From: Obrimoposthia wandeli
Lineage: Eukaryota
DNA: 64,000 nt
Assembly: GCA_977020255.1 (NCBI GenBank)
Contig: CDROCS010003917.1
Coordinates: forward strand, 124,001-188,000
Direction of reading: 5' to 3'
Shown: in pieces, positions 17,691 to 28,223 of the stretch
Position numbering within the stretch: the first letter of the stretch is position 1
Layout of the letters: every line of letters begins with the position of its first letter
Notes under the pieces: model-generated
What the model saw: only the letters and a program-made list of their open reading frames with translations
What the model was told of the DNA's origin: nothing
Database searches by the model: none
Made by a program: the position numbers and the translations under genes

Positions 17691-20372
17691 TTATGCCGTT
17701 AGTTCATTATCTAACTCACAGTTTTTAATAATACGCATTAGTCTTGATAAACAGCGCCAAGTGCTGCGAGCATCGCTACCTTTAAGGGTGTCTTGTAGCT
17801 CGATTGTAGTGAGTTCTAGCTCCGGTAGCTCATAAAGACCTGCCAAGCCGATAAGTTGATGTACATTGCTGCGCATTTGTAAAATATCATTGTGCTGAAA
17901 GTTAGTATTTAATATTGAGGCGAGCCTATCTAATTCTTCTTTTAGCACCGATTGGTCAAGATTATAATCAGCAATGTTGGTGGTTTTCTTCAATTTATGG
18001 CTTTCAATAATAGATAAGGGTTTAATTAATAGTTGCTGCTTTTTTTGTGAAGATGCTCTGGTTAATTCTCGAATTTTATGAATGAGTTCAACATCGTTAA
18101 TTGGTTTTAAAACAATGCAGTTACTGCCAGCGGCAATGATTTTTTGGTGATCTTGCTCTATTATATTTGCCGTTAATGAGATAATCGGCATGTTTGAGCT
18201 TTGGCGAATAAATTTTGTGGTTTCAAATCCGTCCATGATTGGCATGTGGATATCAATAATAGCTAAATCTGGCTGATGTTTAGTTATCAGCTCTAGTGCT
18301 TCTTTACCGTTGGAGGCTATGTAGGATTTTATATTATGCTTTTCTAGTATTTTACCAATTAAAATTTGATTGAATATGTTGTCTTCAGCAACCACGGCAC
18401 AAATATTACTATCTAAGTCAACACTGCTATCAGCATTGACAACTGCCTTGTAGTCAATTTTTTCAGGAGGTATTAAAGCTTCAGGTCGTATAGGTTTGTT
18501 AATGACGGTAATTAATTTTGGTAATACAGGTAATGGGTGGCCATTGGGCAGTGCAAAGGTAACCGTTTTATGTGTGTTACTAAGCAATGGCAGTAGTTGG
18601 TGAATGAGGGCGTTTTCTAGATCAGTGGATTTAATGCCAATAATTAAATGCTCATATCTTGGAATTAGTTCGAGCAACTCGCTTAATTGTGTTAAAGAGC
18701 GGTATTTGTAATTCTTCCGCTCTAACATCAAAGCTATAGATCTTCTGGTATGCTGATTATCGTCGTAAATAAGTACAGGTTTAGTCAGTTTTAAATGTTT
18801 TTCTACGACAGGTGTGTGTTCTATATTCCTTAACGCAGGTATCTGTAAAGTGACGTTTGTACCGCGTCCTTGTTTTGAGTATATCTCAAGTTTTCCACCC
18901 ATTAAATTAGTTAAAGTTTTAGCAATAACTAAACCTAAACCCGACCCACCAAATCGTCGAGTTATTGAGGTGTCAGCTTGCACAAAGGCCCGAAATAGCT
19001 TATTTAATTGCTCATCCGATATGCCAATACCGGTATCGGTTACACTAATAATAATTAAAGATTGGTGGCTATTGATGTGCTGTATATCCAAACTAACGGC
19101 CACAGAGCCGCTGTCGGTAAACTTAAGAGCATTTGAAACGAGATTGGAAAATATCTGTTTGAAGCGAGTTGGATCACCTTTGATTTCATATGATCGGCCA
19201 TTACTGCTTACTAATGATAATTCTAATCCTTTAGAGTGAGCCATGGGTGCTTGCATTTCTAAGATATCTAGCATGGCTGTTTCTAAGTTATAGTCTATTC
19301 TCTCTAAGGTAATGGCGTTTTTCTGTAGTTTAGAATAATCTAAAATATCATCGACAATCGAGAGCAGTAATTGTGAAGTATGGTTGATGATACGAATGGG
19401 TTCAACTTGGTCTTCAGTTATATTTGATTCTTGTAATATTTTAGAAAAACCTAATACTGATGTAATTGGTGTTCTAAGTTCATGGCTCATACGCGCTAAA
19501 AATTGATCTTTCGCTTGGTTAGCTTCAATTTCTTTTTCCCGTGTCGATTCCAGTATTTCGTTTTGTTGTTCTAAATGATGCATCGCCGATTGTAATCTTC
19601 GAGTAGCACTATTAACGCGTGTTTCCATGTCAGTGGTGGAAACTTTAATACGTAGTGCCATTCGATTAATCCCGCTGGCTAGGGCCTGCAGTTTTCCCGT
19701 GTGTGATTCACGGGCACGTGCATCAAAGTTACCTTTTTGGAAAGCTTCAACCACAGAGGTTATTTCTGAGATAGGAATAGTTATTTGCTTGGCAAGGCCA
19801 CGTGCGAACCAAAAAGCGAATAATAAAATTGCGGCTATGACTGCCATTACACTTAGCACGATGTTTTGATTTCTCAGTTTAGCTGGTTCTTCAGATAGTA
19901 CAGCGATTACCCAACCAATAATTTCTGTGGATTGTAGTTTGTTTGTAGACTTGGCATAAAGTGAGGATAATGGGATGTCTTTTGTCACAGCTTGCACAAA
20001 ATACCAATAAAGCCCGTCGTGATAAAAAGAAGGCGAAGTAGGTTGTAGACTTAATGGAAAATCTGCAGAACGTTTTATGGTGCTGTATCTATCATCTAAA
20101 AAAACAATATCAGCGACGCCATCTAAAGATAATGGCGTTTTACTTATTTCAGTGATGCGAGCCATATCCGCTTGTAAAATAGGATTTTTTGATTCAAATG
20201 CAACAAGTTTAGCAATGGTATGACCTTGCAACATTAACATTTTTTGGGTATCAGATGTTTGCGATACTATAAAATAAACCGTTAAAATAGTAGACAACAA
20301 TACAAGCGGTAATAAGGCGACAATGAGAATCTGCTTATTTAAACCAGAACTTGAATTATCCAAAAATTTCAA
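17691..20372 (-). CDS. Hybrid sensor histidine kinase, BarA/GacS-like
   Basis: TM-periplasmic-TM-HAMP, H-box ARMSHELRTP, N/G boxes FSNLVSNALKFT, DTGIG and GGSGLGL, pseudo-receiver, receiver DLAIIDIHMP..K, and Hpt-like VHQLIG. TTG start with a GAGGT RBS. Confidence 0.9.
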   Translation of the reverse strand: MKFLDNSSSGLNKQILIVALLPLVLLSTILTVYFIVSQTSDTQKMLMLQGHTIAKLVAFESKNPILQADMARITEISKTPLSLDGVADIVFLDDRYSTIKRSADFPLSLQPTSPSFYHDGLYWYFVQAVTKDIPLSSLYAKSTNKLQSTEIIGWVIAVLSEEPAKLRNQNIVLSVMAVIAAILLFAFWFARGLAKQITIPISEITSVVEAFQKGNFDARARESHTGKLQALASGINRMALRIKVSTTDMETRVNSATRRLQSAMHHLEQQNEILESTREKEIEANQAKDQFLARMSHELRTPITSVLGFSKILQESNITEDQVEPIRIINHTSQLLLSIVDDILDYSKLQKNAITLERIDYNLETAMLDILEMQAPMAHSKGLELSLVSSNGRSYEIKGDPTRFKQIFSNLVSNALKFTDSGSVAVSLDIQHINSHQSLIIISVTDTGIGISDEQLNKLFRAFVQADTSITRRFGGSGLGLVIAKTLTNLMGGKLEIYSKQGRGTNVTLQIPALRNIEHTPVVEKHLKLTKPVLIYDDNQHTRRSIALMLERKNYKYRSLTQLSELLELIPRYEHLIIGIKSTDLENALIHQLLPLLSNTHKTVTFALPNGHPLPVLPKLITVINKPIRPEALIPPEKIDYKAVVNADSSVDLDSNICAVVAEDNIFNQILIGKILEKHNIKSYIASNGKEALELITKHQPDLAIIDIHMPIMDGFETTKFIRQSSNMPIISLTANIIEQDHQKIIAAGSNCIVLKPINDVELIHKIRELTRASSQKKQQLLIKPLSIIESHKLKKTTNIADYNLDQSVLKEELDRLASILNTNFQHNDILQMRSNVHQLIGLAGLYELPELELTTIELQDTLKGSDARSTWRCLSRLMRIIKNCELDNELTA

Positions 20373-20949
20373 ATCTATATACCTCTTTACTACTATCCAG
20401 CACTAAAAATACAGTATGTCCTATAATATTGTTACTTATAGGTTGTCGAGCAGAACTTAATGGTAGCAATTGAACACTGATGATCTGCATAATATTTTAA
20501 AACATCATCAATAAGCTGGTGGCTAATTTTTTTAATATTGAATACGTATTAATAAATCAATGATAAGCATAATTTTAAACCAAACTTAGTTAAGCTAAGT
20601 AAGACGAACTTGTAAATAGCTAAGTAGGTAAAATTATACTAGTAAGCGGTGTAGTTTTATAAACAATTTCGGTATTAGTATCTACATAGTGTTCGGTTTT
20701 ACTTTAATTCATTGATTTACGTTGGTCTAGGATAAAAGCGAATCATACAGTTTCAGTCAAAACTAGTCAAGTGAAGCGTTAATTTATATAAAATAATATT
20801 TTGAGAATTTTATTGATAGATTTATTTTAGTTGCATAAAGCAGAGGAAGAAATTTGTGTCTTGAAAATACTATTTGTGGAACGTATTTAGTAAGCGACAG
20901 TTTAGGAAAGTAAAAAGCCGCTAACTTTAACAATTGAGCGTTAAATTAA

Positions 20950-21159
20950 CTACAGTTGCTTGATCGCTGATCTAGCGGCTGCTGACAATTCAGCTGCATC
21001 TGTTTCTAAGCATTGTCTAATATCTGCTTTCATTGAGCGCGCCCAAAACTTTTGCATATGCACGCAAGTGACAGATGCAGCGTTTTCTTCGCCACCATGC
21101 TGATTATTCTCAGCAATTTGATTAACCATGTGAATGAGTTGTTGTTTTGCTGTTCTCAT
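20950..21159 (-). CDS. fdsD: Formate dehydrogenase delta subunit
   Basis: LIHMVNQIA and HMQKFWARSM motifs; last gene of the fds operon. Confidence 0.85.
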   Translation of the reverse strand: MRTAKQQLIHMVNQIAENNQHGGEENAASVTCVHMQKFWARSMKADIRQCLETDAAELSAAARSAIKQL

Positions 21160-21194
21160 ACGTTTCTCATCTTTGTTAGTTATTTAGGGTTTTA

Positions 21195-22013
21195 TTACAG
21201 CTGTTCGGTTGAGTGGTATATATTGAATTTACTATTACGTGCAAAACCTATTAAATTAATGTTAAGTTTTGCAGCTTGGGCAATAGCCAGTGAAGTAGGT
21301 GCAGAAACAGCCACTAAATTTGAGCATTGCAAAAAGCTAGCTTTATGCACCATTTCGTAACTTGCTCTACTGGAAACGAGTACAAACCCTTCACGGCTAC
21401 TTATTTTATTAAGTACCATTGCACCAATTAGTTTATCAAATGCGTTGTGTCTGCCTACATCTTCTCGTAACAGTATTTTCGAGCCATTTGAATCACACCA
21501 AACAGCGGCGTGGCAAGCGCCGGTTAGTTGCTGAATACGTTGCCAGTCATTAACGGAATCAACGGCAAGCTGGATTGCATCAGGATTTGGCAGTGGCGCT
21601 TTAGGCACTTGTTTACCTGGGCGTATAGCAGACGCTAGAGAATCTGCACCACAGAGGCCGCAACCGGTATTACCAATCAGGGTGCGTCTGTAAGATTTTA
21701 GCGCTTGCATTTTTTCACTGCTAATATCAATGTTGATTTCATAACCATGCGGCTGTTCGTTCACCTGTAAGTTATAAATTTGATCAATGTTATCAATAAT
21801 ATCCTGGGCGAAACTAAAACCGACTGCGAAATCTTCTAAATCGCAGGGGGTGGTCATCATCACCGCTTGGCTAATACCATTGTAAACAAGCGCCACCGGC
21901 ACTTCTTCTACAACAAGATCATCCAGTGGTAGCAATTTTTGATTGCGCCATTGCTGCGTTTGTACACTAATATACCCAGTGTCAGTGACGACACTAGGGA
22001 TGCTATCCATCAT
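21195..22013 (-). CDS. fdhD: Formate dehydrogenase accessory sulfurtransferase FdhD/FdsC
   Basis: VEEVPV, GCGLCG, TGACHAA, REDVGRHNAFDKLIG, SSRASYEM and SAPTSLA motifs. Confidence 0.92.
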   Translation of the reverse strand: MMDSIPSVVTDTGYISVQTQQWRNQKLLPLDDLVVEEVPVALVYNGISQAVMMTTPCDLEDFAVGFSFAQDIIDNIDQIYNLQVNEQPHGYEINIDISSEKMQALKSYRRTLIGNTGCGLCGADSLASAIRPGKQVPKAPLPNPDAIQLAVDSVNDWQRIQQLTGACHAAVWCDSNGSKILLREDVGRHNAFDKLIGAMVLNKISSREGFVLVSSRASYEMVHKASFLQCSNLVAVSAPTSLAIAQAAKLNINLIGFARNSKFNIYHSTEQL

Positions 22014-22034
22014 TATAGGTATCCAGTAACTTTA

Positions 22035-24893
22035 TTAGTGAGTTACTTCTGTTTTATCAGGGCGTAAAAAACGTTGTTGCTTTTTATCTTGTGCAACAAA
22101 TTCTTTCTGCCATTTAGAAGGTTGGCTCACTTTTTCAACTTGTACCGCAGTCACTTTGTACTCAGGGCAGTTTGTTGCCCAATCAGAGTTATCAGTGGTG
22201 ATTACGTTGGCACCACTTTCTGGGTGATGGAATGTTGTGTAAACCACGCCAGGTTGCATCCGTGAAGTAACTTTAGCACGTAGTACTGTGTTACCAGCAC
22301 GACTTGTAATACCTAACCAGTCACCATCAGCAACACCACGCTCTTGAGCGTCATGTGGATGTAGTTCTAATACATCTTCAGCGTGCCATGTCATGTTTTC
22401 TGTACGTCTAGTCTGCGCGCCAACATTGTATTGCGACAAAATACGGCCAGTGGTTAGTAGCAATGGCAAACGTCTAGTGCTGCGCTCTTGTGTTGGGATA
22501 AACTCAGTAATCGCGAAGTTACCTTTACCGATCGGGAAATCGACGACGTGCATTGTTGGTGTGCCTAGCGGTGATTCGTCATTACAAGGCCATTGGATAG
22601 AGCCTAGTTCTTCAAGCTTATCGTAACTAACACCGGTAAAGGTTGGTGTAAGCATCGCTATTTCATCCATGATTTCACTTGGATGGTTGTAGCTCATTTC
22701 ATAACCTAGCGCTTTAGATAGACCTAAAGTAACTTCCCAATCAGCTAATCCAGCTAATGGTGGCATTACTTTACGTACGCGGTTAATACGACGTTCTGCG
22801 TTGGTAAAAGTACCGTCTTTTTCTAGGAAAGTAGAACCCGGTAGTAATACGTGGGCAAATTTTGCCGTTTCGTTCAAGAAAATGTCTTGTACGATTAGGC
22901 AATCTAAAGATCTTAGTGCTTTTTCAACGTGTGATGTATTTGGATCAGACTGGGCAATATCTTCGCCTTGTACATACATGCCTTTGAAATTGCCATTGAT
23001 CGCAGCATCAAACATGTTCGGAATACGTAAACCTGGCTCTTCATCAATCGTTACATTCCAAGCGGCTTCAAACTTATCTCTGACCGCTTTAACACCAACA
23101 TGCTGGTAACCTGGAAGCTCGTGCGGGAATGAACCCATGTCACAAGATCCTTGTACGTTGTTTTGACCACGTAATGGGTTTACACCAACGCCTTCTCTAC
23201 CTAAGTTACCAGTGGCAAGAGCTAAGTTAGCAATACCCATGACCATGGTTGATCCTTGGGAGTGCTCAGTAACACCTAGGCCGTAGAAAATAGCACCGTT
23301 GCCAGCTTTAGCATAAGTAAGCGCTGCTTTTCTAACTAAGCTTGGTTCAACACCGGTAATTTCTTGAGAGGCTTCAGGAGAGTTACGCTCTTCACAGATA
23401 AACGCTTTCCATTGATCAAAAGCTGCTTTTTCACAGCGATCTTCAATGAAGGCATCGTTTTGTAAATTATCTGTCATTACCACGTGAGCAAGTGCGTTTA
23501 TCAACGCAACGTTAGTACCTGGGCGAAGCTGTAAGTGAATCGCTTCATTAAGGTGTGGAGTTTTTAACAAATCGATACCCCGTGGATCAACGACGATTAA
23601 GCTTGCGCCTTCACGTAATCTGCGGCGCATTAATGAGCCGAATACTGGGTGTGCATCTGTTGGGTTTGCACCGATAACAACAATGCTATCTGCTTTTCTG
23701 ATTGAATCAAACGTTTGCGTACCAGCTGATTCTCCAAGTGTGGTCTTTAAACCGAAACCAGTAGGGCTGTGACAAACACGTGCACAAGTGTCAGTGTTGT
23801 TATTGCCAAATGCAGTACGGATAAGTTTTTGTACTAGGAAGGTTTCTTCGTTAGTACAACGTGAAGAGGTGATACCACCCACGCTTTCACGACCGTGTTC
23901 TGCTTGAATTTTGTGGATCTTTTTAGCAGAGAATTCAAATGCTTCTTCCCAGCTAACGGCGCGCCAAGGCTGATCGATCGTGTCACGAATCATTGGCTCT
24001 TTAATTCTATCGCCGTGTGTTGCATAACCAAAGGCAAAACGCCCTTTAACACAAGAGTGTCCTTGGTTAGCTTCGCCGCCTTTATAAGGCACCATGCGAA
24101 TAACTTTGTCGCCTTTCATTTGTGCTTCAAACGAGCAACCAACACCACAATACGCACAGGTAGTAACAATTGAGTGCTCAGGTTGACCTTGATCAATAAC
24201 AGACTTTTCCATTAAAGTTGAGGTCGGGCAAGCTTGTACACAAGCGCCACAAGAGACACAATCTGAATCGATAAAGTCTTGGTCAACACCTGCAGTAACT
24301 TTTGATTCAAAGCCACGGCCACCGATGGTTAAAGCGAAAGTACCTTGTACTTCTTCACAAGCACGTACACAGCGTGAGCAAACGATACATTTGCTTGGGT
24401 CAAAGCTGAAGTACGGGTTTGAGTGATCTTTTTCTGCATCTAAATGGTTATCGCCATTAAAGCCATAACGAACATCACGCAGGCCAACAGCACCTGCCAT
24501 GTCTTGTAATTCGCAATCACCGTTCGCAGGGCAAGTTAAGCAGTCTAGCGGATGATCTGAAATATATAATTCCATCACATTGCGGCGTAACTTGGCCAGT
24601 TTTTCAGTTTGGGTAGTAACTTGCATGCCTTCGGCAACAGGGGTAGTGCAAGACGCTGGATAACCGCGACGACCTTCAATTTGCACTGTACATAAGCGAC
24701 ATGAGCCAAAAGGTTCTAAGCTATCAGTGGCGCATAATTTTGGAATGTTGATATCATTGAGTGATGCAGCGCGCATTACTGATGTTCCCTCAGGAACGGT
24801 AATAGCGACGCCATCGATTTCAATATTAATCATCGTATCGCAAAGAATAGCGGGTGTTCCTAAATCTTTACTTGGATCAAAATACTCTAACAT
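22035..24893 (-). CDS. fdsA: NAD-dependent formate dehydrogenase alpha subunit (molybdopterin enzyme, Cys ligand)
   Basis: N-terminal 2Fe-2S and 4Fe-4S motifs, CAYCGVGC, CARVCHSPT, LRGQNNVQG and a C-terminal molybdopterin-dinucleotide domain. Start taken as MLEYFDP. Confidence 0.93.
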   Translation of the reverse strand: MLEYFDPSKDLGTPAILCDTMINIEIDGVAITVPEGTSVMRAASLNDINIPKLCATDSLEPFGSCRLCTVQIEGRRGYPASCTTPVAEGMQVTTQTEKLAKLRRNVMELYISDHPLDCLTCPANGDCELQDMAGAVGLRDVRYGFNGDNHLDAEKDHSNPYFSFDPSKCIVCSRCVRACEEVQGTFALTIGGRGFESKVTAGVDQDFIDSDCVSCGACVQACPTSTLMEKSVIDQGQPEHSIVTTCAYCGVGCSFEAQMKGDKVIRMVPYKGGEANQGHSCVKGRFAFGYATHGDRIKEPMIRDTIDQPWRAVSWEEAFEFSAKKIHKIQAEHGRESVGGITSSRCTNEETFLVQKLIRTAFGNNNTDTCARVCHSPTGFGLKTTLGESAGTQTFDSIRKADSIVVIGANPTDAHPVFGSLMRRRLREGASLIVVDPRGIDLLKTPHLNEAIHLQLRPGTNVALINALAHVVMTDNLQNDAFIEDRCEKAAFDQWKAFICEERNSPEASQEITGVEPSLVRKAALTYAKAGNGAIFYGLGVTEHSQGSTMVMGIANLALATGNLGREGVGVNPLRGQNNVQGSCDMGSFPHELPGYQHVGVKAVRDKFEAAWNVTIDEEPGLRIPNMFDAAINGNFKGMYVQGEDIAQSDPNTSHVEKALRSLDCLIVQDIFLNETAKFAHVLLPGSTFLEKDGTFTNAERRINRVRKVMPPLAGLADWEVTLGLSKALGYEMSYNHPSEIMDEIAMLTPTFTGVSYDKLEELGSIQWPCNDESPLGTPTMHVVDFPIGKGNFAITEFIPTQERSTRRLPLLLTTGRILSQYNVGAQTRRTENMTWHAEDVLELHPHDAQERGVADGDWLGITSRAGNTVLRAKVTSRMQPGVVYTTFHHPESGANVITTDNSDWATNCPEYKVTAVQVEKVSQPSKWQKEFVAQDKKQQRFLRPDKTEVTH

Positions 24894-24894
24894 C

Positions 24895-26457
24895 TTAATG
24901 CCCCTCCACTGATGGGTTTTTCTCATTCAGTTGTGCTTGGTAAGCTTTCATTGCACTTTGTACAGGGAAAGGTGTCATTCCGCCCATCGCACACAACGAC
25001 ATGTCGATCATGGTTTCACATAAATCGTCAAGTAATTCTAAGTTCGCTGCAACGTTTTCGCCGTCACGAATCTTATCGATAACTTCAGTACCGCGAACAG
25101 AACCGATACGACAAGGCGTACATTTACCACAAGATTCTTCTACACAGAATTCCATAGAAAAACGTGCTTGTTCTGCAAGATCAACGCTGTCGTCAAAAAC
25201 AACAATACCACCGTGACCTAATACTGCACCAATTGCAGCAAAAGATTCATATTCTAACGGTGTATCCCATTGCTCTGGTGTAAGGTAAGCACCTAATGGC
25301 CCACCCACTTGAATGCTGTGCATTGGACGACCGGTAAAAGTACCTTCTGCAAAGTCATCTAATAAATCTTTGAGTGTGGTACCAAAAGCGAGTTCAACTA
25401 AACCACCGCGATTTACATTGCCGGCAATTTGAAAAGGTAGCGTACCTTTAGAGCGGCCCATGCCGTAGTCAGCGTAAATCGCTGCGCCATCCGCTAAAAT
25501 ATGCGGTACTGCGCCAAAAGAGAGTACGTTGTTAACAACAGTAGGCTGACCAAATAAACCTTCAATTGCAGGAAGTGGCGGCTTAGCTCTTACTAAACCA
25601 CGCTTGCCTTCTAAGCTTTCAAGTAATGAAGTTTCTTCACCGCAAATGTAAGCGCCAGCACCTAAACGCACTTCTAGATCGAAAGCGTTACTAGAGCCAC
25701 AGATGTTTTCGCCAAGGAAATTTTGTGCATAAGCATTGCTAATAGCTTCGTTAAGAATAAGCAGTGCTTGAGGGTATTCTGAGCGCAGGTAAATGTAACC
25801 TTGTGTTGCACCAACCGCTAAACCGGCAATGATCATACCTTCAACAACAGCAAGAGGATCTGCTTCCATTAATAGACGGTCTGCAAAAGTACCTGAGTCA
25901 CCTTCGTCAGCATTACAAACGATGTATTTTTGCTGTGGTGGGCAGTTAAGTACTGTCTGCCATTTGATACCAGTAGGGAAGGCTGCGCCGCCGCGACCTC
26001 TTAAACCTGAAGCACTGATTTCATCAACAATTCCTTGAGCATTCAGCTGCATCGCTTTAGCAAGGCCTTTAAAACCATCATGGGCAATATAGTCATTAAT
26101 GTCAGTCGGGTCTATTACACCGGCTCTGGCAAAACTTAAGCGTTGCTGCTTTTTGAAATAAGGAATTTCTTCAGTCAAACCTAAGTATAACGGATGATCT
26201 TGTGCGCTTTGCTGGGTAAAACCTGCTGCAAATAAGCTTTCAACATCTTCAGGTTGTACTGGGCCAAAGGCAATACGCCCTTCATCCGTCGCTACTTCAA
26301 TAAGAGGTTCTAGCCAAAACATGCCTCTTGAGCCGTTACGAACGATGTTTATATCAATATTTTTCGAAGATGCGATATCGCGAATATTGCTCGCAACTTG
26401 CTCGCCATCTAAGGATAAAGTAGTGGTATCTCTTGGAACATAAATAGTTGTTGTCAT
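24895..26457 (-). CDS. fdsB: Formate dehydrogenase beta subunit (NuoF-like FMN/NADH-binding)
   Basis: GLRGRGGAAFPTG, CNADEGDSG, GAGAYICGEETS and ESCGKCTPCR motifs. Confidence 0.93.
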   Translation of the reverse strand: MTTTIYVPRDTTTLSLDGEQVASNIRDIASSKNIDINIVRNGSRGMFWLEPLIEVATDEGRIAFGPVQPEDVESLFAAGFTQQSAQDHPLYLGLTEEIPYFKKQQRLSFARAGVIDPTDINDYIAHDGFKGLAKAMQLNAQGIVDEISASGLRGRGGAAFPTGIKWQTVLNCPPQQKYIVCNADEGDSGTFADRLLMEADPLAVVEGMIIAGLAVGATQGYIYLRSEYPQALLILNEAISNAYAQNFLGENICGSSNAFDLEVRLGAGAYICGEETSLLESLEGKRGLVRAKPPLPAIEGLFGQPTVVNNVLSFGAVPHILADGAAIYADYGMGRSKGTLPFQIAGNVNRGGLVELAFGTTLKDLLDDFAEGTFTGRPMHSIQVGGPLGAYLTPEQWDTPLEYESFAAIGAVLGHGGIVVFDDSVDLAEQARFSMEFCVEESCGKCTPCRIGSVRGTEVIDKIRDGENVAANLELLDDLCETMIDMSLCAMGGMTPFPVQSAMKAYQAQLNEKNPSVEGH

Positions 26458-26466
26458 GGGTAGTTC

Positions 26467-26958
26467 CTATGTAATTTGCAATGCAACAGTATTTAAACCA
26501 TTGATAACTTTATCAAACTTATCAGGAGTTACTCTGCCTACTATGTCATCTCCTACTCTAATGTTGGGTCCACAAGCGCAGTTTCCTAAGCAATACACCG
26601 GATCTAGGGTAATGTTTCTATCTGCTGTTGTCTGGTGATAATCAACATCTAAACTTTCTTTAGCATGGCTTTCAAGTGCGCGACCGCCTCGAGCTTGACA
26701 CGCTTCAGCGCGGCAAATCTCAACTCTGTTGGTCCCAGCTTTGCTAGTGTGAAAGTGACGGTAAAAGGTAATCACGCCATGAATTTCTGCCGCTGTTTGT
26801 TGTAACGCAGCTGCAATTAGTGGAATTGCATTGGGTGGGATGTAACCAAAATTATGTTGTACTTCATGTAAGATAGGTAGCAGAGCGCCTGGCTTATCAC
26901 GTAGTTGAGTTATTATTTGTTGGATTTGTTCGTTTGCGCTCACGGATGTAGCATCCAT
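26467..26958 (-). CDS. fdsG: Formate dehydrogenase gamma subunit (NuoE-like 2Fe-2S)
   Basis: GALLPILH, CRAEAC and CLGNC motifs. Confidence 0.92.
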   Translation of the reverse strand: MDATSVSANEQIQQIITQLRDKPGALLPILHEVQHNFGYIPPNAIPLIAAALQQTAAEIHGVITFYRHFHTSKAGTNRVEICRAEACQARGGRALESHAKESLDVDYHQTTADRNITLDPVYCLGNCACGPNIRVGDDIVGRVTPDKFDKVINGLNTVALQIT

Positions 26959-27357
26959 AGGTTCACCTAATCATTGTCATATGAAGTAAATTGCATATAT
27001 TATTATTAAATCAATCTTATTATACGCAGAAAGTACCATTATTAGGGGCTAGGTTAAATATGAAAATAAGTGCATATATGTTTTAGATATGTTTAGTGCG
27101 CTTTTGGCATAAAATAAAGCGAAGTTTATTTACAGAAAATTAATTGATAAATTAAATAACCTTATGAAAAATAAGTTATTTGTTGTATGTTTGAATGATC
27201 TTTAATTAACACAATAAAAGTTATGATACATGAACCTTGGTCGTTATTTTATTTATGTGTCGTGTCGATTATTAAGCAAACAGTAGATGGTCGTTATAGT
27301 GATTTAGTGCAGAAGTAGCACAGTGAAAATAATGCAACCTTAAATGTGAGGCTAGAC

Positions 27358-27924
27358 ATGGGCGATAAAGAGAGAGAATTACAGCAAGCAGAGCCATTAA
27401 TTATGACAATGTTAATGACACCTGAAATGGCAAATTTTAGTGGAAACGTCCACGGGGGGGCCATTTTGAAAATGTTAGATCAAGTGGCATATGCATGCGC
27501 AACTCATTATTCCCACCACTACGCCGTTACGCTTTCAGTAGACCAGGTAACCTTTAAAAAGCCGGTTAAAGTGGGTGAATTAGTCACTTTTTATGCACAA
27601 GTTAACTACGTTGGCCGGTCAACAATGGAGGTCGGAATTAAAGCGATAGCAGAAGATATTCACTCTCGTCAAACGCGCCATACAAATAGCTGTTACTTTA
27701 CGATGGTCGCAGTAGATGATAACGGTAAGCCGGTAGAGGTGCCTAAATTACTACTTGATAGCCCTGTTACTAAAGCGCGCTATGTAGCTGCTAAACTAAG
27801 AAGGCAACTGCGATTGGAACATGATTCAACCATGGAGGCGATCGATCTTAAATGGACGGAACAGTTAGATACTTTAAGTGAAGAAGAAATAGAAGATGCT
27901 TTAAACTCTGAAATGGAAAAGTAG
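27358..27924 (+). CDS. HotDog-fold acyl-CoA thioesterase (YciA-like)
   Basis: NFSGNVHGGAILKMLD, VGRSTMEVG and YFTMVAVD motifs. ATG at 27358 follows a GAGG RBS. Confidence 0.88.
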   Translation: MGDKERELQQAEPLIMTMLMTPEMANFSGNVHGGAILKMLDQVAYACATHYSHHYAVTLSVDQVTFKKPVKVGELVTFYAQVNYVGRSTMEVGIKAIAEDIHSRQTRHTNSCYFTMVAVDDNGKPVEVPKLLLDSPVTKARYVAAKLRRQLRLEHDSTMEAIDLKWTEQLDTLSEEEIEDALNSEMEK

Positions 27925-27938
27925 TAATTGCAGTGCGA

Positions 27939-28223
27939 TTAATAGGTGTTCTTTGTTTTGAGTTCGTATGTAAAAGCGATAACCTCAGCAATAGCACGAT
28001 AGAGCGCTTCGGGAATTTCATCACCGATTTCCAAACGAATTAAAATTTCTAACAATTCTGGGTTCTCATGAATATGAATCTCATTCTCTTTTGCCAACTC
28101 GATAATTTTCTCTGCGATATCGCCTTTACCTTTAGCAACAACCGTTGGTACACCACCTGCTTCAATATCGTATTTTAATGCGACAGCTGAGTTAAGCTTT
28201 TGATTATCAGGATGATTACTCAT
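27939..28223 (-). CDS. Stand-alone FlhB C-terminal-like protein (EscU/YscU/HrcU family)
   Basis: AVALKYD..PTVVAKGKG.IAEKIIELA..IHENPEL..EIPEALYRAIAEVIAF. Confidence 0.88.
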   Translation of the reverse strand: MSNHPDNQKLNSAVALKYDIEAGGVPTVVAKGKGDIAEKIIELAKENEIHIHENPELLEILIRLEIGDEIPEALYRAIAEVIAFTYELKTKNTY

